A stretch of DNA of 32,000 nucleotides, taken from NCBI RefSeq assembly GCF_000284115.1, contig NC_017080.1, positions 390,001-422,000 of the forward strand, written 5' to 3'. The position numbers were made by a program, and so were the translations under genes. This DNA comes from Phycisphaera mikurensis NBRC 102666. Its GTDB lineage: Bacteria > Planctomycetota > Phycisphaerae > Phycisphaerales > Phycisphaeraceae. The notes under the pieces were generated by a model. That model saw only the letters and a program-made list of their open reading frames with translations. It searched no databases and was not told the origin of the DNA. Every line of letters begins with the position of its first letter. The stretch's first letter is position 1. Shown piece after piece: positions 9,229-18,772 of the stretch.

Positions 9229-11213
9229 GATCCGCGGCCCCGCCGCACCGCGTCGGCCGCCACGCCCAGCGTCGCCAGCGTCGCGTCGCACGCCTGCCCG
9301 AGCCAGTCGAGGTTGTCGCGGTCGCGGTCCAGCTCCGCCTTCAGCTTCGCCACGCCGGCGAGCCGGGCCCGCTTGATCCGCCCGTCGGCCCGCCGCCGCC
9401 GCACCGCGCCGGTCACGTTCACGCGGCCGACGAGGTCGTGTGCCGCCGACAGCTCGCCGCGCACGCGTGCCTGCAGCGGCGCGAGTTTCGCGTTCTCCCG
9501 CGCGAGGGCGGCGGGGTCCTCCACGCACGCCGCCATCCGCTCCAGCAGCGCCGCCCCCGCGCCGCACACCCGCCGCAGCTCGGCGACCTCCGCCCGCAGC
9601 GCCTCGACGTGCCGGTCCAGCGTCCGCAGGCGTCCCGCGTCCAGGCCCTCCGCGTCCGGCACCGGGAGCCGCACGGGCGTCGCCGCCGGATCCACCAGCT
9701 CCGCGAGGGTTTCGCGCAGCGGAGCCACCTCCGCGTGCTCCTTCGCCAGCCCGCCCTCGGTCGCGTCGACGACCCGCACGCCCGCGCGCCGCATCGCCGC
9801 GAAGTCGCGCTCGAACTGCTGCAGGTACGCCGTCATCTGCCCGTCGGTGAGGCAGGCCCCGCCGCCCGCGGCCGGTCGCCGCTCCAGCGTCCCGCGCATC
9901 CGGGCGATCCGCTGCCACTCCATCATCTCCAGCGTGTTCCAGGGCGACAGCTCCGCGTCCCAAACCCGGTGCACGGCCGTGCCCGGGCAGTAGTAGAGGC
10001 CGTCGGTGAAGCCCAGGTCCTGGCCGACGAGCACGACGGCCGAGCAGCCCAGGAAGCGGGCCAGCGAGACCGACAGGTGGGCGACGGTGGAGCCCGGCGG
10101 GATCGGCTCGCGAGCCGGAGCCGACGCCTCGCCGGCCATCGCCTCCGCGGCGTCGCTGCCGGTCAGGCGAACCGGGCCCGGGAAGCTCTCGAGGATGACC
10201 GGGTGGCACGCCGCCTCGGCCACCAGCGTGACCCCCGGCAGCGGCGGCAGGTCCTCGTAGAAGCGGGCGCAGGCGGCGGAGTGGTCCAGGGCGGTCACGA
10301 AGTCCGGGGCGACGCCGCGGTCCAGCAGCGGGCGGAGCGCGGTCTGCGCCGCGATGACGACGACGCGCTCGCGGACCGCCGCGTCGGCCAGGAGGTGGGC
10401 GTTCTTCGCCAGCGACGGCCCGGCGGCCACGCACACGGCCACCCGCCCGGAGGCCGCCCCGCGCAGCGGCTGGGTCGTCGCGCCGGCCGCGTAGACGGCG
10501 AGGTTTCTCGCCAGGTTCCGCTGCGTCTTGGCCGCGTGGACCATCGCGGTCGCGAGCGAGGTGCGGCAGAACGAGGTGAGCCCGGCGATCTTCTCGGAGA
10601 AGGCGCCGAGCGCCTCGCCGTGGAGGCGTCGCGCCACCGGGTGCGTGATCAGCCGGGTGCCCTGGGTCAGCTCGACGCCGTGGGGCTCGAGCGCGGCGGT
10701 GAGCTCGGCGTTGCTCGCGGCCGGGCCGAAGAGGTGCAGGCCGGGATCGGCGAGCCACGCCGTCGCGTCGACGCCGGCGAGCACGGCGGCGAGCTGCGGG
10801 AGGTCGGGCTCGAAGCCGATGACGCGGCCCTGCCCGGCCATCCGCCGCAGCGCCGCGGGGGCCGTGAGCCCGAGCCCGAGGCCCAGCAGCACCACCGCGG
10901 CGGCCTCGCCGTCGTCGATCGGGGCCAGCGCCCGCGCCGCCTCGAGCGCCGGATCGAAGCGGCTGCCCAGGGCGAGCGGGCCGCAGGGCGTGCTCCGCGT
11001 CGCCACCCTCGGCCCCGCCCGCGAGGCCTCCCACGCCAGCGAGACCGGCTCCTGGTCCTCGATCGCCGCCTCCAGCTCGGCCGCGAAGGCTCGGTGGTGC
11101 CGCCGCAACGCCGCGAGGTTCGCTGGCCACACGCCCGCCGCGTCCGCCGCGTCCGCCGCCGGCGGCGCCGGCGGCACCGGCGGCGCGGCGGGATCGGGGG
11201 AGACGGCGGGCAC
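9225..11213 (-). CDS. DUF115 / MptE-like, motility-associated-factor (Maf-like) glycosyltransferase family protein
   Basis: Core ...VAVCVAAGPSLAKNAHLLADAAVRERVVVIAAQTALRPLLDRGVAPDFVTALDHSAACARFYEDL...PGSTVAHLSVSLARFLGCSAVVLVGQDLGFTDGLYYCPGTA, characteristic of DUF115. Start assigned to GTG at 11213 (uncertain). Confidence 0.82.
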   Translation of the reverse strand: MPAVSPDPAAPPVPPAPPAADAADAAGVWPANLAALRRHHRAFAAELEAAIEDQEPVSLAWEASRAGPRVATRSTPCGPLALGSRFDPALEAARALAPIDDGEAAAVVLLGLGLGLTAPAALRRMAGQGRVIGFEPDLPQLAAVLAGVDATAWLADPGLHLFGPAASNAELTAALEPHGVELTQGTRLITHPVARRLHGEALGAFSEKIAGLTSFCRTSLATAMVHAAKTQRNLARNLAVYAAGATTQPLRGAASGRVAVCVAAGPSLAKNAHLLADAAVRERVVVIAAQTALRPLLDRGVAPDFVTALDHSAACARFYEDLPPLPGVTLVAEAACHPVILESFPGPVRLTGSDAAEAMAGEASAPAREPIPPGSTVAHLSVSLARFLGCSAVVLVGQDLGFTDGLYYCPGTAVHRVWDAELSPWNTLEMMEWQRIARMRGTLERRPAAGGGACLTDGQMTAYLQQFERDFAAMRRAGVRVVDATEGGLAKEHAEVAPLRETLAELVDPAATPVRLPVPDAEGLDAGRLRTLDRHVEALRAEVAELRRVCGAGAALLERMAACVEDPAALARENAKLAPLQARVRGELSAAHDLVGRVNVTGAVRRRRADGRIKRARLAGVAKLKAELDRDRDNLDWLGQACDATLATLGVAADAVRRGRGS

Positions 11214-11306
11214 GCGGCGGTTATCGGAAGCACAGCGGGCCCGCCGTGATTCTCCCACCCGCCCGCCGCCGCACCGCGGCCCGTGCTTTACTGCCGTGCG
11301 GACGCC

Positions 11307-11906
11307 ATGGCCTTTGTGACCCATCACACGCTCGAGTCGCCCTGGCTGTTGATGGCCGCGCTGGCCGCCGCCGCGGCGGTTGCTTTCTTCGCCGTCCGCG
11401 GCCGGCCCGTTGCGTGGCTGCTGCTCCCGGCCCTGCTGCTCGCTTGCGCCGCCGGCTCGGTCCTGCTGGCCGGTGCCGTCGTGACCGACCGCGAGGCGGC
11501 CGACGCGGCGGTCCGCGAGCTGGTCGCCGCCGCTTCGCCCTTCGACCCCGCCGCCTTCGATGCCCGCGTCACCCCCGACGCCGAGCTCCTCGGACCCAGC
11601 GGCGATCCGTGGCTGCGCCTCGCCGAGGTCCGCGAGCGCGTGCGGGAGTACGCCGGTTCCGGCCGCTCCATCGTCCACGACGTCAAGGAGCTGGAGGTGG
11701 ACCCGGTGCAGGACCTGCCCGGCGGTTCCGCCTCCACGCTCGCGCTGCTCCGGGTCGCGAGCAAGGGCGGGCCCAGCGGCCTGCCGACGCTCACGACCTG
11801 GGAGCTGGACCTCCGCCGCGACGCCGCCGCGCCCTGGCGGGTCCGCGGCTTCCGCTGGCTCCAGCTCAACCTCCAGCCCCCGCCCGACGTCCACGCCTGG
11901 CGCTGA
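11307..11906 (+). CDS. Hypothetical membrane protein
   Basis: MAFVTHHTLESPWLLMAALAAAAAVAFFAVRGRPVAWLLLPALLLACAAGSVLLAGAVV, two TM segments followed by soluble domain. Confidence 0.65.
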   Translation: MAFVTHHTLESPWLLMAALAAAAAVAFFAVRGRPVAWLLLPALLLACAAGSVLLAGAVVTDREAADAAVRELVAAASPFDPAAFDARVTPDAELLGPSGDPWLRLAEVRERVREYAGSGRSIVHDVKELEVDPVQDLPGGSASTLALLRVASKGGPSGLPTLTTWELDLRRDAAAPWRVRGFRWLQLNLQPPPDVHAWR

Positions 11907-11935
11907 CCCCGCCGCCGAACCCTCCACCCCGCCCC

Positions 11936-12889
11936 ATGATCCAACGCCTCCTCCTCGCCGCCGCCCTGCTCCTCACGCTCACGCCGGCGGGCGTCGCCAC
12001 CGCGGCCGCGGCCGAGGACGCCGCCGTTGCGCTCCGCCCGGCGTACGCGACCGGCCGCTCTTGCACCTACCGCTTCGACGGCCTCCGCAAGCAGACCGCG
12101 GACACCCGCTTCGGCGAGCGCTCGCAGTCGAACACCACCGACATCGCCTCCGCCGGGGAGATGACCTGGACCGTCGACCGCGTCAAGCCCGGCGGCGGGG
12201 CCGAGTGCACGATGACGCTGCAGTGGATGAGCCTCGACGTCACCGCCGGCGAGGGGCCCGTGCAGAAGAACGACTCCCGCCAGCCCTCCGGCGACATCCC
12301 GCCGGTGCACGACCTGCTGCGTGCGATGACCGGCAGGCCGGTGACGGTGGTGATGAACGCCGACGGCTCTGTCGCCTCCGTGCGCGGCGTCGACGCCATC
12401 CGCGCGGCCGCGGCAACCCCCGAGATGGTGCCCGACGAGCGCGACTTCACCGAGACCGCCAGCGACGCCGCCTACCTGCCCTTCACCCCCGAGGTGATCT
12501 CGGTCGGCGGCGACTGGCGGACGAGCTTCGTGTGGCGGCACGAGCTCGGCGACGCGAGCCAGAAGTGGACGAACACGCTGACGGCCGTGGAGACGATCGA
12601 GGGCGTCGAGGTCGCGATCGTGGACCAGGAGCTCGTGTCCCTGTCGATCGACGCTTCGCCGATGGCGAAGAACCTGCCGCCCGGAGCCCCCAAGCCCGAG
12701 GTCCGGGTAACCGGCTTCTCGGGCAGCAACCGCGTGCTCTACGACCTCACCCGCGAGGAGGCGGCCGCGCGGCACTCGGTGACGGAGGTGTCCGCCGACC
12801 TGACGATCCCGCTGGGCCCGGGCAGGAACGCCCTGACGAGATTCAACGAGCGAGCGACCAACCAGCTGCTCCGCGTCAGCGAGCGCTGA
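11936..12889 (+). CDS. Exported protein of unknown function (possibly DUF6263-like)
   Basis: MIQRLLLAAALLLTLTPAGVATAAAAED signal peptide; all-beta-looking body ending TRFNERATNQLLRVSER. Confidence 0.7.
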   Translation: MIQRLLLAAALLLTLTPAGVATAAAAEDAAVALRPAYATGRSCTYRFDGLRKQTADTRFGERSQSNTTDIASAGEMTWTVDRVKPGGGAECTMTLQWMSLDVTAGEGPVQKNDSRQPSGDIPPVHDLLRAMTGRPVTVVMNADGSVASVRGVDAIRAAAATPEMVPDERDFTETASDAAYLPFTPEVISVGGDWRTSFVWRHELGDASQKWTNTLTAVETIEGVEVAIVDQELVSLSIDASPMAKNLPPGAPKPEVRVTGFSGSNRVLYDLTREEAAARHSVTEVSADLTIPLGPGRNALTRFNERATNQLLRVSER

Positions 12890-12910
12890 AGCGCGATGCT
12901 CCGGGCGGGT

Positions 12911-13882
12911 TCAGGCCGCCGCGCCCGCCCACCAGCCGCCCAGCCGCGGCTTCTTCCGCCACAGCACCACGGCCCCCAGCGCCAGCGCGGCGACGCCGAG
13001 GAAGGCCGACAGCAGCTGCCCCCGCGTGAGGTGGAAGTACGTCTGCACGCCGGCGTCCGGCTCGCGGAAGAGCTCGTCGATCATGCGGATCACGGTGTAG
13101 CTCACGCCGAAGGCCGCGGCGGCGAGGCCGGGACGGACCGGCTTGCGGAAGACCCAGGCGACGATCAGGAACACCAGCAGCCCCTCGCCGGCCGCGGCGT
13201 AGAGCTGCACCGGGTGGCGGAGCTCCGCGTGCTCGAGGACGGCCTGCATCACCAGCGGGTCGGCGGCGCGGACCGCATCGACCAGCGAGGCGGCGCCGGG
13301 GTAGGTGCTGAGATGCTCGGCAAGCGTGGAGCCGTCGGCCAGGGGCGTGTGCGGCGAGAGCTCCTGCGGGAAGCGGACGGCGAGCGGGAACGACGGGTCG
13401 CGGACCGGCCGGCCGTACAGCTCGCCGTTGACGTAGTTCGCGAGCCGGCCGAACAGGATGCCCATCGGGGCCCCGAACGCGGTGAGGTCCCAGGTGTGCA
13501 GCACCGGAACGCCGCGACGCCAGCCGTAGACGCCCACCGCGAGGAGCACGCCGATCATGCCGCCGTGGCTCGCCATCCCGCCGCGCTGGATCGCGAGCAG
13601 CTCCCAGAAGGGGACGCTCCGCGTGAACGTCCAGAGCATCGCCGGGTCGTAGAAGAGGGCGTAGCCCACCCGCCCGCCGGCCATCACCCCGATGGCCGTG
13701 GCGACGGCGAAGTCGGCCGCGTCGGCGACGCTCAGCGGCGTCTTGCCCGCGGCCGCCACCCGCCGCACGAGCAGCCAGCCGGCCACGAAGCCGAAGGCGT
13801 AGGCGAGCCCGTACCAGCGGATGCCCGGGATCGGGAAGCCGGCCGGGAACTCGATCAGGAAGGGCGAGAGCGTGTGGAGCAT
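12911..13882 (-). CDS. lgt: Prolipoprotein diacylglyceryl transferase
   Basis: PGIRWYGLAYAFGFVAGWLLVRR...GGRVGYALFYDP...SHGGMIGVLLAV...FGRLANYVNGELYGRP motifs. Confidence 0.93.
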   Translation of the reverse strand: MLHTLSPFLIEFPAGFPIPGIRWYGLAYAFGFVAGWLLVRRVAAAGKTPLSVADAADFAVATAIGVMAGGRVGYALFYDPAMLWTFTRSVPFWELLAIQRGGMASHGGMIGVLLAVGVYGWRRGVPVLHTWDLTAFGAPMGILFGRLANYVNGELYGRPVRDPSFPLAVRFPQELSPHTPLADGSTLAEHLSTYPGAASLVDAVRAADPLVMQAVLEHAELRHPVQLYAAAGEGLLVFLIVAWVFRKPVRPGLAAAAFGVSYTVIRMIDELFREPDAGVQTYFHLTRGQLLSAFLGVAALALGAVVLWRKKPRLGGWWAGAAA

Positions 13883-13969
13883 GGGAGGCGAGTGTGGCGT
13901 GTCGAGCGGCGTCTCGGATCTCTCGAACGCCTCGCCGATGCCCGGCCCCCGCGCACCCGGCTCGCGGCT

Positions 13970-14749
13970 TCAGCGGGTGAGCGCGTGCCACAGCGGGGCG
14001 TCCGTCGTCGCGGCCCCGGGCTCGGGCCCGCGGCCGGCGCCGCGGTAGCCGCTGCCGCCGACCACGCAGAGGCCGAGGCGGCCCGCGACCGCCGACCAGG
14101 CGGTGTGCTCCGCCCGGGTCGTGGCGACGAGGCCGGCCATGTCGCTGGCGGCCAGCCGCGCGACCGCGTGCTCGAGGCCTTCGGCGTCCGCCGCCAGCTC
14201 CGGCCCCGGCCTCAGGAAGGCTCGGCCCCCGGCGCCGCGGACCGCGGCCGAAACCTCCGCCGCGGGCGGCCGGTCCGCGGCGACGTGGGCCACGCCGCCG
14301 GGGCCGAGGTAGCGGCGCGTCGCGGCGTGGCGGCTGGGGGCAAAGCCCGCGGCGACCAGGGCCGCGGCGTCGGGGGGCCGATCGGCGGGGAGGCGGATGC
14401 CGGCGGCTTCGAGGGCGGCACGCACGGCCGCGAAACGCAGCCGCTGCGCCTCGCCGGCCTCGGCGAGCGCGGCACGTAGCGGCTCGGCGTCGGGGTCGAC
14501 GCCGTAGCCGAAGACCGCGACGGGCAAGCCCGCGGCTTCGGCATCGAGCGTCACGCCGGGCAGGAAGCCGACCCCCGCCGCCGCGGCGCCCGCCGCCGCG
14601 GCGGCGAGGCCGGCGGTGGTCCCGCGGTCGGCGAGCGCGAAGCCGGCGAGGCCCGCGGCGGCCGCGAGCGGGCCGAGCGTGCCGGGTGCATCGCGGCCGC
14701 CGCCGGCGTCGCTCTCGAACCAGAGGTCGTGGCCGGCGGGGCCGCTCAA
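13970..14749 (-). CDS. PHP-domain-like protein with degenerate metal-binding motifs (candidate pseudoenzyme)
   Basis: HDLWFESDAGGGRDAPGTLGPLAAAAGLAGFALADRGTTAGLAAA...GVGFLPGVTLDAE...VAVFGYGVDPDAEPLRAAL follows the PHP consensus DLHxHSxxSDGxxxPxxLxxxAxxxGLxxxALTDHDTxxGxxxA...IPGVExSxE. TTG start overlaps the hemC stop (TTGA). Confidence 0.65.
   Translation of the reverse strand: MSGPAGHDLWFESDAGGGRDAPGTLGPLAAAAGLAGFALADRGTTAGLAAAAAGAAAAGVGFLPGVTLDAEAAGLPVAVFGYGVDPDAEPLRAALAEAGEAQRLRFAAVRAALEAAGIRLPADRPPDAAALVAAGFAPSRHAATRRYLGPGGVAHVAADRPPAAEVSAAVRGAGGRAFLRPGPELAADAEGLEHAVARLAASDMAGLVATTRAEHTAWSAVAGRLGLCVVGGSGYRGAGRGPEPGAATTDAPLWHALTR
14233..14282. repeat. Palindromic element, locus 3, inside the PHP-like gene (12-bp perfect arms)
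   Basis: CCGCGGACCG at 14235-14244, CGGTCCGCGG at 14271-14280. Confidence 0.85.
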
Positions 14750-15747
14750 GCCGACGCGGCCTCCGCGAGCAGCGCCGCGGCGCCCGCACCGAGCAGCTCC
14801 GCCGCCGCGTCCTCGGCCGCCGCCATGAGGCGCCCCGCGTCGCAGGTCCGCTCCGCCGCGAGGCACCGCCGCCCGTCGGTCGAGAGCACGCGGGCACGCA
14901 GACGCCAGCGGCCCGGCGACCCCGGTGCGGCCTCGGGCGCCGCCAGCACCGCCACGGGCGAGTGGCAGTCGGCGCCGAGCCGGTGGACCAGCGCCCGCTC
15001 CGCCGCGACGGCGGCCGCGGTGGGGGGGTCGTCCAGCGGGGCCAGCCGCTCCCGCGTGGCCGCGTCGTCTTCGCGGCAGACCACCGCCACCGCGCCCTGC
15101 CCGGCCGCCGGCAGCGACTCCTCCGGCGGCAGCACCGCGTGTCCCGGCGCCTCGACCGAAACGCCCAGGCGCTCCAGCCCCGCCCGCGCCAGCACCGTCG
15201 CGTCGCAGCGCGTCGGCGAGCCGTCCCCCGGCTCGCCCAGCCCCACCGCCGCCCGTCGCGAGCCGACGTTGCCCCGCAGCAGCACCACCCTCAGCCGCGG
15301 GTTCGCCCGCAGCGCCTGAGCCGCCCGGCGGGGCGAGCTGGTGCCCAGCGTCGCCCCCGCCGGGAGCGCGGAGAAGCCGGCGGCCCCCGCGCCGCAGAGC
15401 AGCACGTCCTCCACCGGCGCCCGCCGCGGCGTCGCCGCGATCACCAGACCCGGGGCGAGCCGCGTCGGCACGTCCTTGAGGGAGTGGACCGCCGCGGCCG
15501 CGGCGCCCGAGCACACCGCCGCGTCGAGTTCCTTCACGAAGAGCCCCTTGCCGCCGACGTCCGCGAGCGGCCGGTCCAGGACGCGGTCGCCGGTGCTCCG
15601 CTGCCAGAGGAACGCCGGCTCCAGCCCCGGCCACGCCTCCCGCAGCGCGGCCGCGACGGCTTCGGTCTGCACGCGCGCAAGCGGGCTGCGTCGGGACGCG
15701 AGCACGGGCGGCGGAGCGAGCCGGGGCGGCGGGGGAGCGGGGTTCAC
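14746..15747 (-). CDS. hemC: Hydroxymethylbilane synthase (porphobilinogen deaminase)
   Basis: LASRRSPLARVQTEAVAAAL...GDRVLDRPLADVGGKGLFVKELDAAV...AAVHSLKDVPT...LGTSSPRRAAQ...LPAAGQGAVAVVCR...DCHSPVAVLA. GTG start chosen at 15747; the ORF is open further upstream. Confidence 0.93.
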   Translation of the reverse strand: MNPAPPPPRLAPPPVLASRRSPLARVQTEAVAAALREAWPGLEPAFLWQRSTGDRVLDRPLADVGGKGLFVKELDAAVCSGAAAAAVHSLKDVPTRLAPGLVIAATPRRAPVEDVLLCGAGAAGFSALPAGATLGTSSPRRAAQALRANPRLRVVLLRGNVGSRRAAVGLGEPGDGSPTRCDATVLARAGLERLGVSVEAPGHAVLPPEESLPAAGQGAVAVVCREDDAATRERLAPLDDPPTAAAVAAERALVHRLGADCHSPVAVLAAPEAAPGSPGRWRLRARVLSTDGRRCLAAERTCDAGRLMAAAEDAAAELLGAGAAALLAEAASA

Positions 15748-15809
15748 GGCGGGACCGGGAGCGGCTCGCGGCAGCGTCCGCCCGGGCCGGGCAAGATACG
15801 CCGGTGACG

Positions 15810-17231
<1,422 letters not shown>

Positions 17232-17240
<9 letters not shown>

Positions 17241-17605
17241 CGCTCGCGTCGCTGCGCTCGCTCTTGTTGCTCGTTTGCGCCTCCGCCGGGGGGGACCCCC
17301 GGCTGCGGGTGGAGCGTGTCGCCACTGCCGGCATGCGCCGGACCGAGCACGGCGCGGGCGGATGTCGAAGGTGCGCCTGGACGCGTCCTCTCCGGGCGTT
17401 CACGCCGCACCGTTCCGCCGCGCAGCGAACCCGCTCCGCCGCCGGCCCCTGCCGACGCAGGCGCACCTTCGGCAACCGCCCGCATCGTGCCCGTTCGAAT
17501 ACGTGCCGGCAGTGGCGACACGCCCCACGCGCAGACCGGGGTCCCCCCGGTCGGAGCCCCCCACGAGCAACAAGAGCGAGCGCAGCGACGCGAGGGTCAC
17601 CCCGC
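17232..17605. repeat. Long imperfect inverted repeat (arms about 165 nt, central loop about 70 nt) between convergent genes
   Basis: Left GCGGGGTGACGCTCGCGTCGCTGCGCTCGCTCTTGTTGCTCGT... versus reverse complement of right end GCGGGGTGACCCTCGCGTCGCTGCGCTCGCTCTTGTTGCTCGT... (one mismatch in the first 43). Further matches: GCGTGTCGCCACTGCCGGCA and GAAGGTGCGCCTG in both arms. Confidence 0.9.
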
Positions 17606-17864
17606 CGCAGGCGGAAGCGCAGCGTCCGCGTCCGCGGCCGCGGCGTCGGCGGCGATCCAGCCGGACATCATCACCATCGGCATGCCGGGACCGGGGTGGG
17701 CGCTGCCGCCGGCGAGGTAGAGGCCGGGCAGCTCGGAGCGGCGGTTGCCGGGTTTGAAGCCGCCGCCGAGGCGGCCGTGGCTGGCGAGGCCGTAGATGGC
17801 GCCGTTGAGGACCCTGTAGCGGTCGTGGATGCCCTGCGGCGTGGGCGCGTTCTCGTAGACGATT
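17597..17864 (-). pseudogene. Duplicated 3' fragment of CrtI-family desaturase (copy 1, last ~89 codons)
   Basis: Encodes IVYENAPTPQGIHDRYRVLNGAIYGLASHGRLGGGFKPGNRRSELPGLYLAGGSAHPGPGMPMVMMSGWIAADAAAADADAALPPAAG*, matching the intact gene's C-terminus. Confidence 0.85.
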
Positions 17865-18184
17865 GCGCCTCCGCCGGGGGGGACCCCCGGCTGCGGGTGG
17901 AGCGTGTCGCCACTGCCGGCACGCGCCGGACCGAGCACGGCGCGGGCGGATGTCGAAGGTGCGCCTGGACGCGTCCTCTCCGGGCGTTCACGCCGCACCG
18001 TTCCGCCGCGCAGCGAACCCGCTCCGCCGCCGGCCCCTGCCGACGCAGGCGCACCTTCGGCAACCGCCCGCATCGTGCCCGTTCGAATACGTGCCGGCAG
18101 TGGCGACACGCCCCACGCGCAGACCGGGGTCCCCCCGGTCGGAGCCCCCCACGAGCAACAAGAGCGAGCGCAGCGACGCGAGGG

Positions 18185-18452
18185 TCACCCCGCCGCAGGC
18201 GGAAGCGCAGCGTCCGCGTCCGCGGCCGCGGCGTCGGCGGCGATCCAGCCGGACATCATCACCATCGGCATGCCGGGACCGGGGTGGGCGCTGCCGCCGG
18301 CGAGGTAGAGGCCGGGCAGCTCGGAGCGGCGGTTGCCGGGTTTGAAGCCGCCGCCGAGGCGGCCGTGGCTGGCGAGGCCGTAGATGGCGCCGTTGAGGAC
18401 CCTGTAGCGGTCGTGGATGCCCTGCGGCGTGGGCGCGTCCTCGTAGACGATT
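18185..18452 (-). pseudogene. Duplicated 3' fragment of CrtI-family desaturase (copy 2, last ~89 codons)
   Basis: Encodes IVYEDAPTPQGIHDRYRVLNGAIYGLASHGRLGGGFKPGNRRSELPG...LPPAAG*, nearly identical to copy 1. Confidence 0.85.
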
Positions 18453-18772
18453 GCGCCTCCGCCGGGGGGGACCCCCGGCTGCGGGTGGAGCGTGTCGCCA
18501 CTGCCGGCACGCGCCGGACCGAGCGCGGCGCGGGCGGATGTCGAAGGTGCGCCTGGGCGGGTTCTCTCCGGGCGTCCACGCCGCACCGTTCCGCCGCGCA
18601 GCGAACCCGCTCCGCCGCCGGCCCCTGCCGACGCAGGCGCACCTTCGGCAACCGCCCGCATCGTGCCCGTTCGAACACGTGCCGGCAGTGGCGACACGCC
18701 CCACGCGCAGACCGGGGTCCCCCCGGTCGGAGCCCCCCACGGGCAACAAGAGCGAGCGCAGCGACGCGAGGG

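Noticed and set aside
6370-9993. 1207-aa plus-strand ORF and other long Arg/Pro/Ala-rich ORFs antisense to the glycosylation operon
   Set aside because: Typical high-GC shadow ORFs: low-complexity composition and no family motifs, while the opposite strand has clear family matches.
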